Shown in pieces: positions 1 through 12,800 of a DNA stretch of 64,000 nt. The first letter of the stretch is position 1. The number at the start of each line of letters is the position of its first letter. The DNA is from Callorhinchus milii (lineage: Eukaryota). The notes under the pieces were generated by a model that saw nothing but the letters and a program-made list of their open reading frames with translations, had not been told where the DNA came from and ran no database searches. Location of the stretch: assembly GCF_018977255.1 (NCBI RefSeq), contig NW_024704743.1:54004001-54068000 (forward strand), written 5' to 3'. Made by a program: the position numbers and the translations under genes.

Positions 1-3000
1 GTAGTAATTCACACTGCTTTCACATAGTGATAATCGCCCCAGAACAGAACTCTTTGATGGCTGCTCTACCCTTCATTCACAATTTGTCCCTTCTGTTCGG
101 ATAAGCTCAGTGGTGACAGCACTTCCTGACTTTAACAGCTGTGGCTTTTCAAAGGGTCATTGTGTGACTACTAATTATTGTAATTTCATTAGCATAAATT
201 ATTTCATCCTGCCAATGATTGATCGCTATGATTTTTTTTCAACACCATCTACTTTGCATTTGTCTGTGAGTGCTGGGCAGTGATGTGTGCACCTAATGCC
301 TGCACCTAATGCCTGCCCTTGTTTTATGTCAAAAGAGGTGCCAAAAGTTCTTTTGGGGGATTTGCAAGATGAAATCATAGACCTGAAAGGCTCAAGTTTC
401 ATTTAAAGCAAATTCTCACTCGATTGCATTGTTCTTGGCACCAGGGGAATTTCAATCACATTTATTATCTATGAAAAGGTCTATACATGACCACCTATGA
501 CCAGGTATTAGTTTATTCGATAGGTGAAAATTGTCAGCAAATTACCAAACAAATAGTTTAAATGAATGATAAACAGATTCTGTGTAACATTATCCAAAAA
601 AAACACATAGGGTTTCATGTTTGTGTCCTTCCTTTTTTGTCCAAGTTGCACTTGAGCTGATCTGAGGTTCAAAGTATAGATATTTATAATCATACTGCAC
701 AAAGATGGTCTGATTGGTGTGTTGTTGTTATTGCACAAAGCATTTGTAGCAAATGTACAACTTGGTGAGTGTTAAATACTGTGAAATGCTACCCTGTGTG
801 AACAGCTCTGTATAAATGCAAGTTATTGTTATCTAAATTAAGCATTTTTGGATTGTTGATAAAAAATATCTTCAACACATCTCCCTTTGTATTTTTTTTA
901 AATTCCATCAATTTGATATTATGTTCTATCTGATTTTCCTCAGTAAAATGAGAATACTGATGTGCATGTATGTGCGTGTAGCTGTGAGAGTTATGGAAAT
1001 GCTCACGGAATCTATTTTCATCTATTTTCATCCTTCTATTTTCCTTTTCTGTCATAATAAAATATTTCCATTTAATATAATGCCTCAGTAAAAAGATACC
1101 CATAAGTAATGATGTGTATTTTTAGGTTGCCTCATAGCTACAACAATAATACTTGCATTTATAGTACCTTATCACGTCATCAAGACGTCTCAAAGTGCTG
1201 CACAGGATACATTGTAAAGTGGCGTGACTAGTTTATATTTTGTGGACAAACACGGCAGCTAATTTGTGCACAGCAATGTCCCACAAATAGTCGTAAGAGT
1301 GCAACCAATGTTATTTGGGGGATTGTTTGCCAGGGCACTGAGATAATAGTGCTATGAAACCTTTAATATCCACCTGAACTGTTGGAGTCCTGTAGCTCAG
1401 TGGTTACAGCACACGTCTCTCAAGCGATTCCCAGATTTGGTAAGTTTTCTTACTCCACACACCTAATAGTAATCCCTCAAGAAAAAAATCACTTCAATCC
1501 ATGACTGTTTGTGGGACACTGCTGTGCGCAATTGGCTGCAGGGTTTCACTTTACAGTATATTCAGTGAAGTGCTTTGAGACATGAAAAGCGCTATATCAA
1601 ATGCAAGGATTATTATTATTATAATTATTATTATATTATATGAACAGGCATATGGGACCCAACTTTAATGTCCCATCCGAAGAACATTTCATCCGAAGGA
1701 CAGCACCTCTGACACTGTCTGACAGCACACCCGCAGGACTAGATTGGTGTGTCAGCACAGACTATATAGGTTCCAAGTTTCGACGTGGCACTTGAACCCA
1801 CAACCTTCTGACTCAAAGGTGAGAGTGCTACCAACTGAGATAGGTTGTCACCTGCCGAAATATTACATAGCAGCAGAAGTAAGGGCTAAAAAAGTACTAT
1901 AACTGACCAAATATCAATCAATGAATTCCCCTATCAGTCAAGTTTGCTAAGATTTTATGATGCAAGTCTACTGTTTGCTAGTTTAAAATATTGTTGCAGC
2001 CTCACCCATCACTAATGCAGAATCAATGGTGGAATTTCACACATAATTAAGCACACAAGATAAAAAGAAAGCTTTAAATTATATTCTAGGCTGAATCATT
2101 TCCCAAACTCTCCTTTTGGGACGAGGACTGAAAACCCTTTTATTAAGTGTAATACAAATTAACACGTGGTAATACAGTTACTGCAACGCAGCTTTTGAGC
2201 TGCTGACTTCCATACGATCATTTAAGACCTATAATTAATCTCTTCAGACTTCACGGACAGCTTGAAAACATTAAAATTAATAAATGTGCTGTGGTTTGAC
2301 TTAGTTCCCTACGCTGAGCTCTTAAAGCAACATTGCCTCACAATAATCCATTTCAAGTCCATGCATATTAGAACCAGCCTGACACAAATGCATTCTATAT
2401 TAAAAAGTAAATCATTGTAAATGATGCTTTCATTTGATTTGAGCACTTTGAGACGTTCAACTGACATGAAAGGTGCTATATTAATGAAAACTTATTGTAA
2501 TTGTATTGCATATAAGTTTGGTAGATTTCAAGAGGGAAGTAGATACACATATGAAGGAGGATTGAATTGGTCTAGTTCTGTGGACTCAATGGGTCAAATG
2601 GCCTCCTTCTGCGCTGTAGATTTCTGTGTTTCTAAGTATAAACACTTGTAAAAATATGGATAGTTTCCTCTCTGTCTTTTCCCCCCTTCCCCTCCATTTT
2701 GATGTCAGAGTAAAACTGACACCACTGTGATGGACAGATGCCCTAATCTTATCTCACGCTTCAAGCCCATCATTCTGGTTAGTTTGTTTGGATGCAAATA
2801 ACATAAATCAATTTCAAAATATCAGAACCAGATATGCAGCACATAGAAAGGCCAAACAAATCAAACATTGTATTTCAACATCAACAACTTGTATTTATAT
2901 AGCCCTCTTTACGTGGGGTAGCACATCAGAGTACTTGCTATTTCCAGATTTATAGTAATCATTTTCTATGACGCCCATTTTTGTTCCCCCCACAAAATGC

Positions 3001-3709
3001 AAAGGCAATTCACTTTACAGTATATCCTGTGAAGCACTATGAGATGTCTTGACGACACGATAAGGTGCTGTATCAAATGCAAGGATTATTATTATTTATT
3101 ATTTTTGTTAGTCAGCAAATGCGTGATTATTACTATTTTTACATTTCATTCATAAACTTGCATAATAAACTAACATATTTGAACAAAGTTATAAAATTTG
3201 AGGTAAGTTAACTATATGTGGCACCATAATTCATAAACCTATGATTTTGTGAAACTGAAGTTTCAATAAATACGTATTTCTGTTTATATATGTGTGCTGT
3301 ATATGTACAGGTGAGATTTATGTTAACAATGGTGATTTTCATTAGACCTGTACATATTAAGTATTAATACTGATAGAATATTGTAGCAGACTGAAATAAG
3401 AAGTCTCGCAACACATTTGGAAAACAAAAGAGTTGCAATACAGTATTTCTCATTTAAAAGATGCTAAGGAACGCTCTCAAGTACGAACATTACATTTACT
3501 ATGTTTATACTAGAAGCATTTTTGGTTTGTGTTTCTTATTCTTATAAAGCTCTCCGGGACACGTGAAGGGTGCTATATAAATGCAAGTTGTTGTTGTTAT
3601 TGCAGAAACGGTGTGGCTAAGATAAAGAAATGTCTTTGAAGTGTCACACGTTGATGCATTTCTCCACACTGACTTTGACAGACACTACAAACAGTTTTAA
3701 GACACGCAC

Positions 3710-3871
3710 CTCAATCCCTTCAATCTCCTCAATGAATCTCCTGCTGACAGACACTAGGGCCTCCTGTGGCCACTCATGAAACCAGTCAATAGCTGTGCAA
3801 TTAACTATGGCTGGAAACTTCCGGGCTCTTACGCGCAAGGTGGAACCAACTGGGGAAAAACAGAGAACAAC
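3710..3871 (-). CDS. DNAH11: DNAH11-like exon (162 nt) [39 protein letters not shown]...IEGIE
   Basis: cag|GTT ... GAG|gtgcgt. Confidence 0.96.
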
Positions 3872-6800
3872 CTGCAGGGAAAGAGACTACAGTCATAACC
3901 AGAGAACAGCCTCGATCAAAGTGAGCGCACAACATGAATCATTATCACATTAGGAGATCATCAGAGGGTCAGCAATTCTAATGAGATTAGCCAAAAAGCC
4001 ATTTACCTTCAGAAGACTTAAGATAACAGAAACTAATTGGAGGGCATTCCTCCTTACGTGAACTAAAACCAGCACTAAATTGAGTGTTTTTTGCTGTGTT
4101 TAGCTGGTGCTAAGATGACAGCCCCAATTTTAGCATCCTGGCTGGGGATGACATTTGCAAAAAGTGGCCGCTGGTGTCTCCTGACAGTAATTGGGTGTGC
4201 GACACGTTGACCTGTGGAAACTGCTCTCCCACACACCCAGAAATAAGTTGCATTGAAGTGGATTTCCTTCAGGCCTACCTGATACACCATCAATTAACTG
4301 GAGGAGTCACAAGTTAGTCTTGATGCTTATTTACTACTTATTCCAAATATTGGATTTCAGACTCCAGAGTATAGCAAGCAAACTACACATCGTAAATTTC
4401 AAAAGATTGAAAGATATTCATTTAGCTACATAAACACTGTCGCTATAGTTTACAGTATATCCTGTGAAGTGCTTTGAGATGTTCACCTGAAGTGAAAGAT
4501 GTAGAGTCCTATAGCTCAGTGGTTAGGGCATTTGACTCACAAGAGAGAGTTTTGATTATGAGGCAGGGCAAAACTTTAGGAAAGCTTCCTTACTGTTTGT
4601 GGGACACTGCTGTGCGCAATTGGCTGCACCGTTTTGCGGGCAAAATAACAGTCAAATTACTTTACAGTATATTCTGTGAAGCGCTTTGAGATGTCGCGAA
4701 GACATGATAAGGCGCTGTATCAAATGCAAGGATTATTATTATTTATAAAGGTGCTGTACCAAATGTAAGGGTTATTATTATTTATAATAATAAAAATAGA
4801 TGAAAGGTGAATAATTTGAAAACTGCTATGTAGAAGTAGCAGCGCAGCAGTTGTTTAGCTGGAAGTTTAAGCTGGGAGCCTGCAGGGGCGCTGCTGACTG
4901 TGGAGTGGAGCAGCGGCTCACACAAGCTGCAGGGAGAGGGAGGGCCATTAAACGAGGTCATATTGTGAGGAGATCAAAGCATTTCCCCAGTCTGGTGCTC
5001 TGGTAGCTTGTGTCATTGTGGCACAAAAAAAATCACACGAGCAAAGGCCCCATAATAATGGTTCTATTTGAATTCACCTGAATAAGTAAATGCTGGCCGT
5101 GAAAGTTTCAAACGGAGAATGACTTTTAAAATAAACCAATATTCCTATTAATTCTCCACCAGATTTTCTCCCCTTGCTTGAAAGCATTTATTTTTCCTTC
5201 CAATGTGCTAAGGTTCCTTACACCCTGGCATCCCTCAACCCTGCGATTCCTCGCCCAAGTGGTCAATATTCACATGTGAGCCCTGACGGTGTGGGCAGGC
5301 TGATTCCACCACAGGAACCAGCACAATTAAGCCTGGTCCTCACCTCACTTGACCTGACATGCACAAACAAGCACCTTCCAGCAGAGGTCTCTGGATAACC
5401 ATGAGCAGGAGTGAGAACCTTGGCTGTCTTTTCCTTTCCTAACTCGAGGGCGTTGAGGTTAATTGTTGCACCCGATTTGCTGATATCATATAAGCGAGCA
5501 CAGATTTTGCCCTCATTAAATTCCATTCAAACTCGACAGCTGGGTTCAAATTAAGAACCTGTCCTGCAGGAAATTGATGGTTCAAAGAGAACAGGTAGTT
5601 CCCACTGGTTGAGGAGTCCGTAACCGGAGGACACAAGTATAAGATAGTGACGAGGGAATTCAAAGGAGAATTTAGGATGAACTACTTCACACTGAGATTG
5701 TGAAACCTGCTGCTTGAAGCGGTGGTTAAATCAGATAGTATAGATGCATTCAAGAGGAAGTTAGACTGTACATAAGGGAGAAGGGAATGGAAGGGTATGG
5801 GAGAGAATAAGGAGTGGGTGGAGACTCATGTGGAGCACAAACACCGGAACGGACTGGCTGGGCTGAATGGCCCATTTCCATCTGAATCATTTATAATAAT
5901 CTTAGCATTTAATATACGCCTTATCACGTCTTTGATATGTCTCAAAGCCTTCACAGAATATACTGTTTATAGTATAATGTAAACATATATACAGTTGTGA
6001 ATTGACTGTATATTTTGTAGGCGAAATGTCCTGTAATCCATGTAAGAATCTTTCCATTCTGCAACAGAGGACTTTCCAAAGAAATGGCACATGGGGGGAC
6101 TGGCACAACCTGCAAAATGTTTTAAAAACAGGATGCAGTACATATACTTCTATTCAGGGAATATGTGCTTTAACGTGACGTTGTAAGTGCTAGAATAGCT
6201 GTTAGTTTAAAGCCAGGATTCTGAAAACTAAAGATAAGATTGTTTTAAAACATAGAAAAACTACAAGTGAAGTAAATGGCAGTCTGCAAAGCATCTTTCA
6301 AGCGGTGCTTGCTGCAGTGACATGTAGCAGACCTAGCATTACCCCGTCACTCCACGTGGTAAAATGCAAGGAGACAAAATTGCCCATCTCGAATGGGGAT
6401 AAATTTTCTTAAATATAAAAAATAGGATGGGACATTTTAGTTAAAAAAAAGCATTTGCCCCAAAGTACCTTTTAAAAAAAAGTTATTTCTGAAGCTTTTG
6501 ATTGATGTGATTTACCTTAAGTTGTTGCCGTACTCTTTCCAAGAAGAACTTCCAGCAATTTTCCCGGGTATCCAGCATCCCTAGACCTCGGACCTCGTTG
6601 CGTATTCCTGTGAATATACTGTCAACCTCCTCCTCACTGAACAGATCCAGAATTTCACCTGTTAAAGAACATATCAGGGTCATATCAACAGATGCTGAGT
6701 GAGAGAGGCGCTATAAAAGGAAAGTGTTATTAATGTGCTGAGGCGAATATGATGTGTGAGAGGGGGAAATGTGGCATATAATATAAACACTAGCCACAGT

Positions 6801-9800
6801 GGGAGGCGGGGGCGAGTGTGGTTTGATGAGGTGTTTCACTCTCAAGACCAGTAATAACTAGTGGCTGCTTTTGACTTCATGGTCAATGTGACAATAAAAT
6901 AATAAGCCTTGCATATGACATAGCACCTTTCATGTCGAGAGGACGACTTAAACGCTTCACAGGATTTACCGCGTGATAATTTCTTAGCGTGCTCAACAGT
7001 GATGGGGATGGATAGCAAGCAGGGGAGAAGATAGTATAATAAATGCAAGGGTTATTATTATTTAGTTTGTTGATGCACTGGAGAAGGTTCGGTGGAGAAT
7101 GAGGATGTGACACACAATTTTCCACAGAGGTAATTGTCTGATCTTCACTGGGTCAATGTTAGGAGGTGCTGAAGCGAGGCTTCCCTGGAGAAAGGGGAGG
7201 GAGCAACAGGGTAGTTGCTCCTCTTCCCTTATTGTGGACAGATAAAGAACAGCGGTGGAGGACTGACAGCAGCTCTCCACAGTCTCCTCTGTTTCCCCAG
7301 AAAGTGTGTGTGCCACGGGGCAAGAAGCAGCAGAAACAGAAAGAACATAACTTACTAAAGAAAACCACAGCATTAAACAAAATTGCACTAAATGTCCACG
7401 GGATAAAAAATTCAACTTTTAATATTATCATCCCAGCTTCCTTTCCTTGACCGGAAGGAAGCTGGCGTTTGAAAGGTGATTCACAGAATGAGTCGAGTTA
7501 GGCCAGTGACCTATTCCTAAATTGGTTGAAAAACCTTATGCAATCAATATTCAGTGCACCAACCATTCAAACAAACTGAAGAGCTTTAGCGACGTCTTGA
7601 TGATGTGATAAGGCACTATATTAAATGCCTATCTCCCCAATGTTCAAAATCCTCTCAAATCTATCTCTTTGCCTGTGTCTTTATTGCGTCACATCCTAAA
7701 AAGTTCTCTCTCTCTCTCCCCCCACCATTTGAGGATGCTCTGTGTGGGTGTGTCTCTCTCTCTTGCTTCTCTCTTTCCCTCCCCCTCCACTCTCTCCCCC
7801 CACCCCTGGGGTGCTGTCTCTATATACTGTATCATGCAAATCTCTCTAAGTACTTACATTTACAATACAATTTACATTTCTCTAGTGCCTTTCATATAAG
7901 GAGGCAGTCTCATAATCCACACAGCTGATCACTCGACCTCAGGGGGTGGGGTTGAAGACAAAAGATTTAACATGCCCCGTGATTCAATAAATCCTATAAA
8001 TTAGACCTCATGTTTTGCCATTAATCACCAGAATGAGATCAAGCAGGTGGAGTAAGGAGGAGCAGTCACTGAGGGCATACAGCACCAGATGGAACAAGGA
8101 CCCAGTGAGTGATGGTCACGAGCCATCAGTTACAGGGCAAGTGAAGGGATGATTCAGAGCAAAACTCTGTTGTCTGCCCAATGCATCAGGTGTTCTTTCC
8201 AGGTTGGTAAAAGTAAATAAACAGGTTGAAACAAAGAGGACAATGACTGGATTGCATATTTTTGCTGCAATTTGCAAATTTGGGGAGTTTCTCCCAGTGT
8301 CCTGGCTTACAAACCTCTTTCTCTGGAGGAGGACCTTTTATAACTCAGTTCTTGCACTTTACAGGGTAGTCACGTTATGACGTATTTCTTTATAACGTGA
8401 GTTCAGATATAATTGTCGCTTTTGGACTCCTGTAGTTAGAGCACTCGCCTCGCAAGCGAGAGGATCTGGGTTCGATTCAGGTTATTAGGTTGCCGCCAAC
8501 ATCACTCGTTTCGAAAAGCTTAACAATGGCGGAGTCTGATGCTGAGCTCGGGGAGGGGAGGAGGTGACATAAGCAGGGTCGAACAGAAAGGTCTTCAGTC
8601 GTGATCCTAAAGAGAGGAAGAAGGGGCCAAGGCAGAGGGATTGGGAGAGAAAGTTCCCAGTAAAACCAGCCTGCTTCACCTCATCAAAACATCCACCTGA
8701 ACTATCAGGTGGGTTTAATGTCATATGTGAAGGACTGTGACGATGCAGCACTACGCCACAGTGTCAGCCTAGACTATCAACTCAAAGTTCTGACAATGGG
8801 CTTCAACCCATAATCTTCTGATCCAGAGGGCAGAATGTCATCAGTTGAGCCAGGCTGTTGCCTAACTCAATGCTGTGGATTTCCAGCATGTTGTGTTTTT
8901 ATTTCAGATTTCCAGCCCCTGCAGTTATTTTTCTACACACTACACACATTTGTTCTTCACCTGATGCCAGCAAATCATTGATGAGCACCAGGAAACGTTC
9001 ATCTGGCACTTGAGCATCTGTCAGCAGAAAGACAGTTGGCAGGTTTCTGGCTCCAGTCTTGATGTACAAATTAGCAAGATCAACCTAGACAGGCAAGAGG
9101 TGACATATTACAAACGTTAACAAACAAAAGGCGGCCCAGATGCCACAATACATCGAGGAGTTGTGATGCAGACTGGGACACCCAGCATTTAAACCCCAGT
9201 TAGTTGAGGGGCAGTGTTGTGTTTCACCACTAAGGAGTGAAGGAAACACAGCCAGGGTGTACAACCTCAGGTTATACATCATGGCTCCTCCTCAGCTAGC
9301 CACAAACCTGTATCTGTGATCACCTGCTCATCTTCTTGGAGAGATACCAGGGAATGTAGCCTGAAGGGCAAAGAAAGGAACTATTGCATCCAAACAAAGT
9401 TTTTCAAAGAGCTATAGAGAACAGGTGAGACTGAATTCAACAAATTTGTCAAATTCTAGACACTCTAAAGTGCTATATCAACAGAACAAATCTGGACCCA
9501 GGTGCCCCAATATATTTAAGTGCTTTATGTGCATTAAACACAAGACACAAACACAACTCCAAACCACTAGTATCTGAACTGATCCGCATAGAAAACTGAT
9601 CAGCATAGATTGGGAAAACCAAATTGGCAAAAGTAGGTTAGAAGAAGAGTTCATTGAGTGTATGAGAGATAAGTTTCAAGAGCAGCACGCCAAGGAACCA
9701 ACTAGGGGACAGGCCATCCTAGACCTTGTTTTGTGCAGCAAAACAGTGCTAGTCGGCAGTGTAGGTATTAAGACTCCTCTAGGGCAGAGTGATCACAATA

Positions 9801-12800
9801 TGATTGAATTCTGCATTAAGGTAGAGAGGGATATAGTTAAATCCAAGGCAAGTATTCTGAATTTAAATAGGGCTAATTTTGTAGGTATGAGGAAAGATTT
9901 AGGTAAAATAGACTGGAGAATCAGATTAAGAGGTAAAAATGTAGACCAACAGTGGCAAATATTTAAGGATGTAGTGCAAAATTCTGAGCGGTCGCATATT
10001 CCCTTGCGGAATAAGAGTATCACAGGGAAAGCAAGTCATCCATGGCTAACTAGAGCAGTTAGGGAAAGCATCAAATTAAAAGAAAAAGCTTATAAAACTG
10101 CCAAGAAAAGCAGCAAATCTGAAGATTGGGAGAGTTTTAGAAACCAGCAAAATAAAACTAAAAAACTCATTAAGAGCGAGAAAAAGGAGTATGAGGGTAA
10201 GCTAGCTAGGAACATTAAGTCTGATTGTAAAAGTTTTTACAAATATATTAAGTGGAATAGGCTAGTGAGGGTAAATTTAGGTCCACTTCAGTCAGAGACG
10301 GGAGAAGCTGTAATGGGGGATAAGGACATGGCAGAGTCCCTAAATGGATACTTTGCATCTGTCTTCACCCTAGAAATCACAACAAGTCTGTCAACAATAG
10401 GGATGCACTGAGGGGATAAGGACAGGCAGCAACTTAGGGATATTTTCATTATTAGAGAATTGGTGCTAGGGAAACTGTTAGCACTAAGAACTGACAAATC
10501 CCCTGGTCCGGAAGGCTTGCATCCCAGGGTTTTAAAAGAGGTAGCTTATGAGATAGTGGAGGCCTTGTGTCTGATCTTCCAAAATTCCTTGGATTCTGGA
10601 ACAGTCCCCATGAGTTGGAAGATCGCAAATGTCACACCACTATTTAAAAAAGGTGGAAAGGAAAAGATGGGGAACTATAGGCCAGTTAGTCTCACATCAG
10701 TGATAGGAAAATTTTAGAATCGTTGATTAAGGATGTGGTAGTGCGGTATTTAGGGGGGGCACAATATAATTAGACCAAGTCAACATGGCTTTACAAAAGG
10801 GAAGTCATGTTTGACAAATCTCATAGAGTTTTTTGAGGATATTTTGAGTAAACTAGATAAGGGTGAATCAGTGGATGTGGTCTATTTGGACTTCCAGAAG
10901 GCATTCGATAAGGTGCCGCATAAAAGGTTAGTCCAAAAGATAGGGCCCATGGAATTGGGGGAGCATATTAACGTGGATTGGGGAATGGTTAACGGGTAGG
11001 AAACAAAGAGTAGGGATAAACGGGTCCTTTTCAGATTGGCGGGATGTGACTAGTGGAGTGCCACAAAGATTAGTCCTTGGGCCTCAGCTATTTACCATCT
11101 ACATCAACGATCTAGATGAGGACATAGAAGTTAATATATCTAAATTCGTGGATGACACAAAACTAGGAGGATGACATTAAAAAAATGCAGCGAGACACAG
11201 ATAGATTAGGTGATTGGGCAATAGGTGGCAGATGAAGTATAATGTAGGGAAGTGCGAAGTCATCCACCTCGGTAGCAAAAACAGTAGAGCGGGTTATTTT
11301 TTAGAAGGGGAGAGATTGGAATGTGTTAGCGTCCAGAGGGACTTGGGTGTCCTTGTACACCAATCACAGAAAGTTAGTCTGCAGGTGCAGCAGCAATTAG
11401 GAAGGCGAACGGTATGTTAGCATTCAGTATGAAAGGATTAGAGTATAAGAGTGGGGAAGTTTTGCTGCAACTGTATAGGGCCCTGGTGAGACCACACCTG
11501 GAATACTGTGTGCAGTTTTGGTCTTCTTATTTAAGGAAGGATGTACTTGCCTTGGAGGGGATGCAGCGTAGATTTATTAGGTTAGTACCAGGGATGAAGG
11601 GGATAAGTTACGAGGATAGGCTGACCAATTTGGGCCTATATTCTCTAGAATATAGAAGAATCAAAGGGGATCTTATAGAAACCTATAAGATCATCAAAGG
11701 ACATGATAGAGTAGATAGTGGGAGATCGTTTCCCCTGGTTGGAGAAACTAAAACCAGGGGTCACAACCTTAAAATCAGAGGCCAGCCCTTTCGCACTGAG
11801 TTGAGGAAGAACTTCTTCACTCAAAGGGTGGTGAATATATGGAACTCGCTACCCCAAAGGGCTGTTGACACTCAGTCCTTGAACATATTCAAGACTGAGA
11901 TAGATAGATTTCTTATTGCAAAAGGGATTAAGGAATATGGGGATAAGGCAGGGTCAGGTTATTAGCTGGAGTTAAGATTAGAAGATCAGCCGTGATTAAA
12001 TGGTGGGGCTGTCTCGAAGGGCCAAAGGGCCAAATGGCCTACTCCTGCTCCTACATGTTATGTTATGTTAAACCCAATGTTGATCTTCCACAAACAACAC
12101 AAGGCATATTTGGAGTCATTATTGGCATGATGAATCTAAATGAAACATCACTATTGAGATGATTAAAAAATAAATGAAGGACACATACGGTGGCAGGACA
12201 GGATACAGATGTATGCTAATACTCAGAAAAGTACATGCAAGATATAGGTGGGTATAAACTCTCAACAACAACAACTTGCATTTATCTCAAACCTTGCAAA
12301 CCCACTCTGGGGTCCCCAAGCCTTGCCTCCTACTAACCTGCGCCTATTACTTTCCGGATAGGAAAACAGGATGTGTCACTCCAGGGAGAGAGTGCGCATT
12401 CCATTTCAACCCTACAATCTACCTCTGGAATTTCCATGTTAGGTGGGATGCATGGAATTCTCAGCCTGGTTTGCATATTCTTAAGCATGGTGATGGGTTT
12501 CCACATGTGTCAGACACCTGGCTGACCAAAAAAAAGGCATGGCTTCTCACATTTAATTTTGAGCTCTCTGAATGTTCTTAATCCAAACTGAGAAGATACT
12601 ACTGGAATTTTAAAAAAACATTTTCAGTGTTGTTCCACGTGAACTGAATAAAGTGCTGCGATGTAGTTTATTGTACCAACATAGTAATTTATACATACAG
12701 TCTTTCAGATCACACATCTGTTCAGTTAAACATTAGAGACCTGGATTTCCATCTGTTCCTAGTTTGCAAGACTGTCTTGTCTTAGAATTTAAGATAATGC

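Noticed and set aside
789..1103. 104-aa His-rich ORF considered as the next dynein exon
   Set aside because: No resemblance to the dynein sequence expected after AAA4 (NYTTPKSFLE-type motif); AT-rich, and overlaps an L2-type tail stub
4879..4894. CTCF-like motif CCTGCAGGGGCGCTG
   Set aside because: One G short of the core spacing; a single motif without other support
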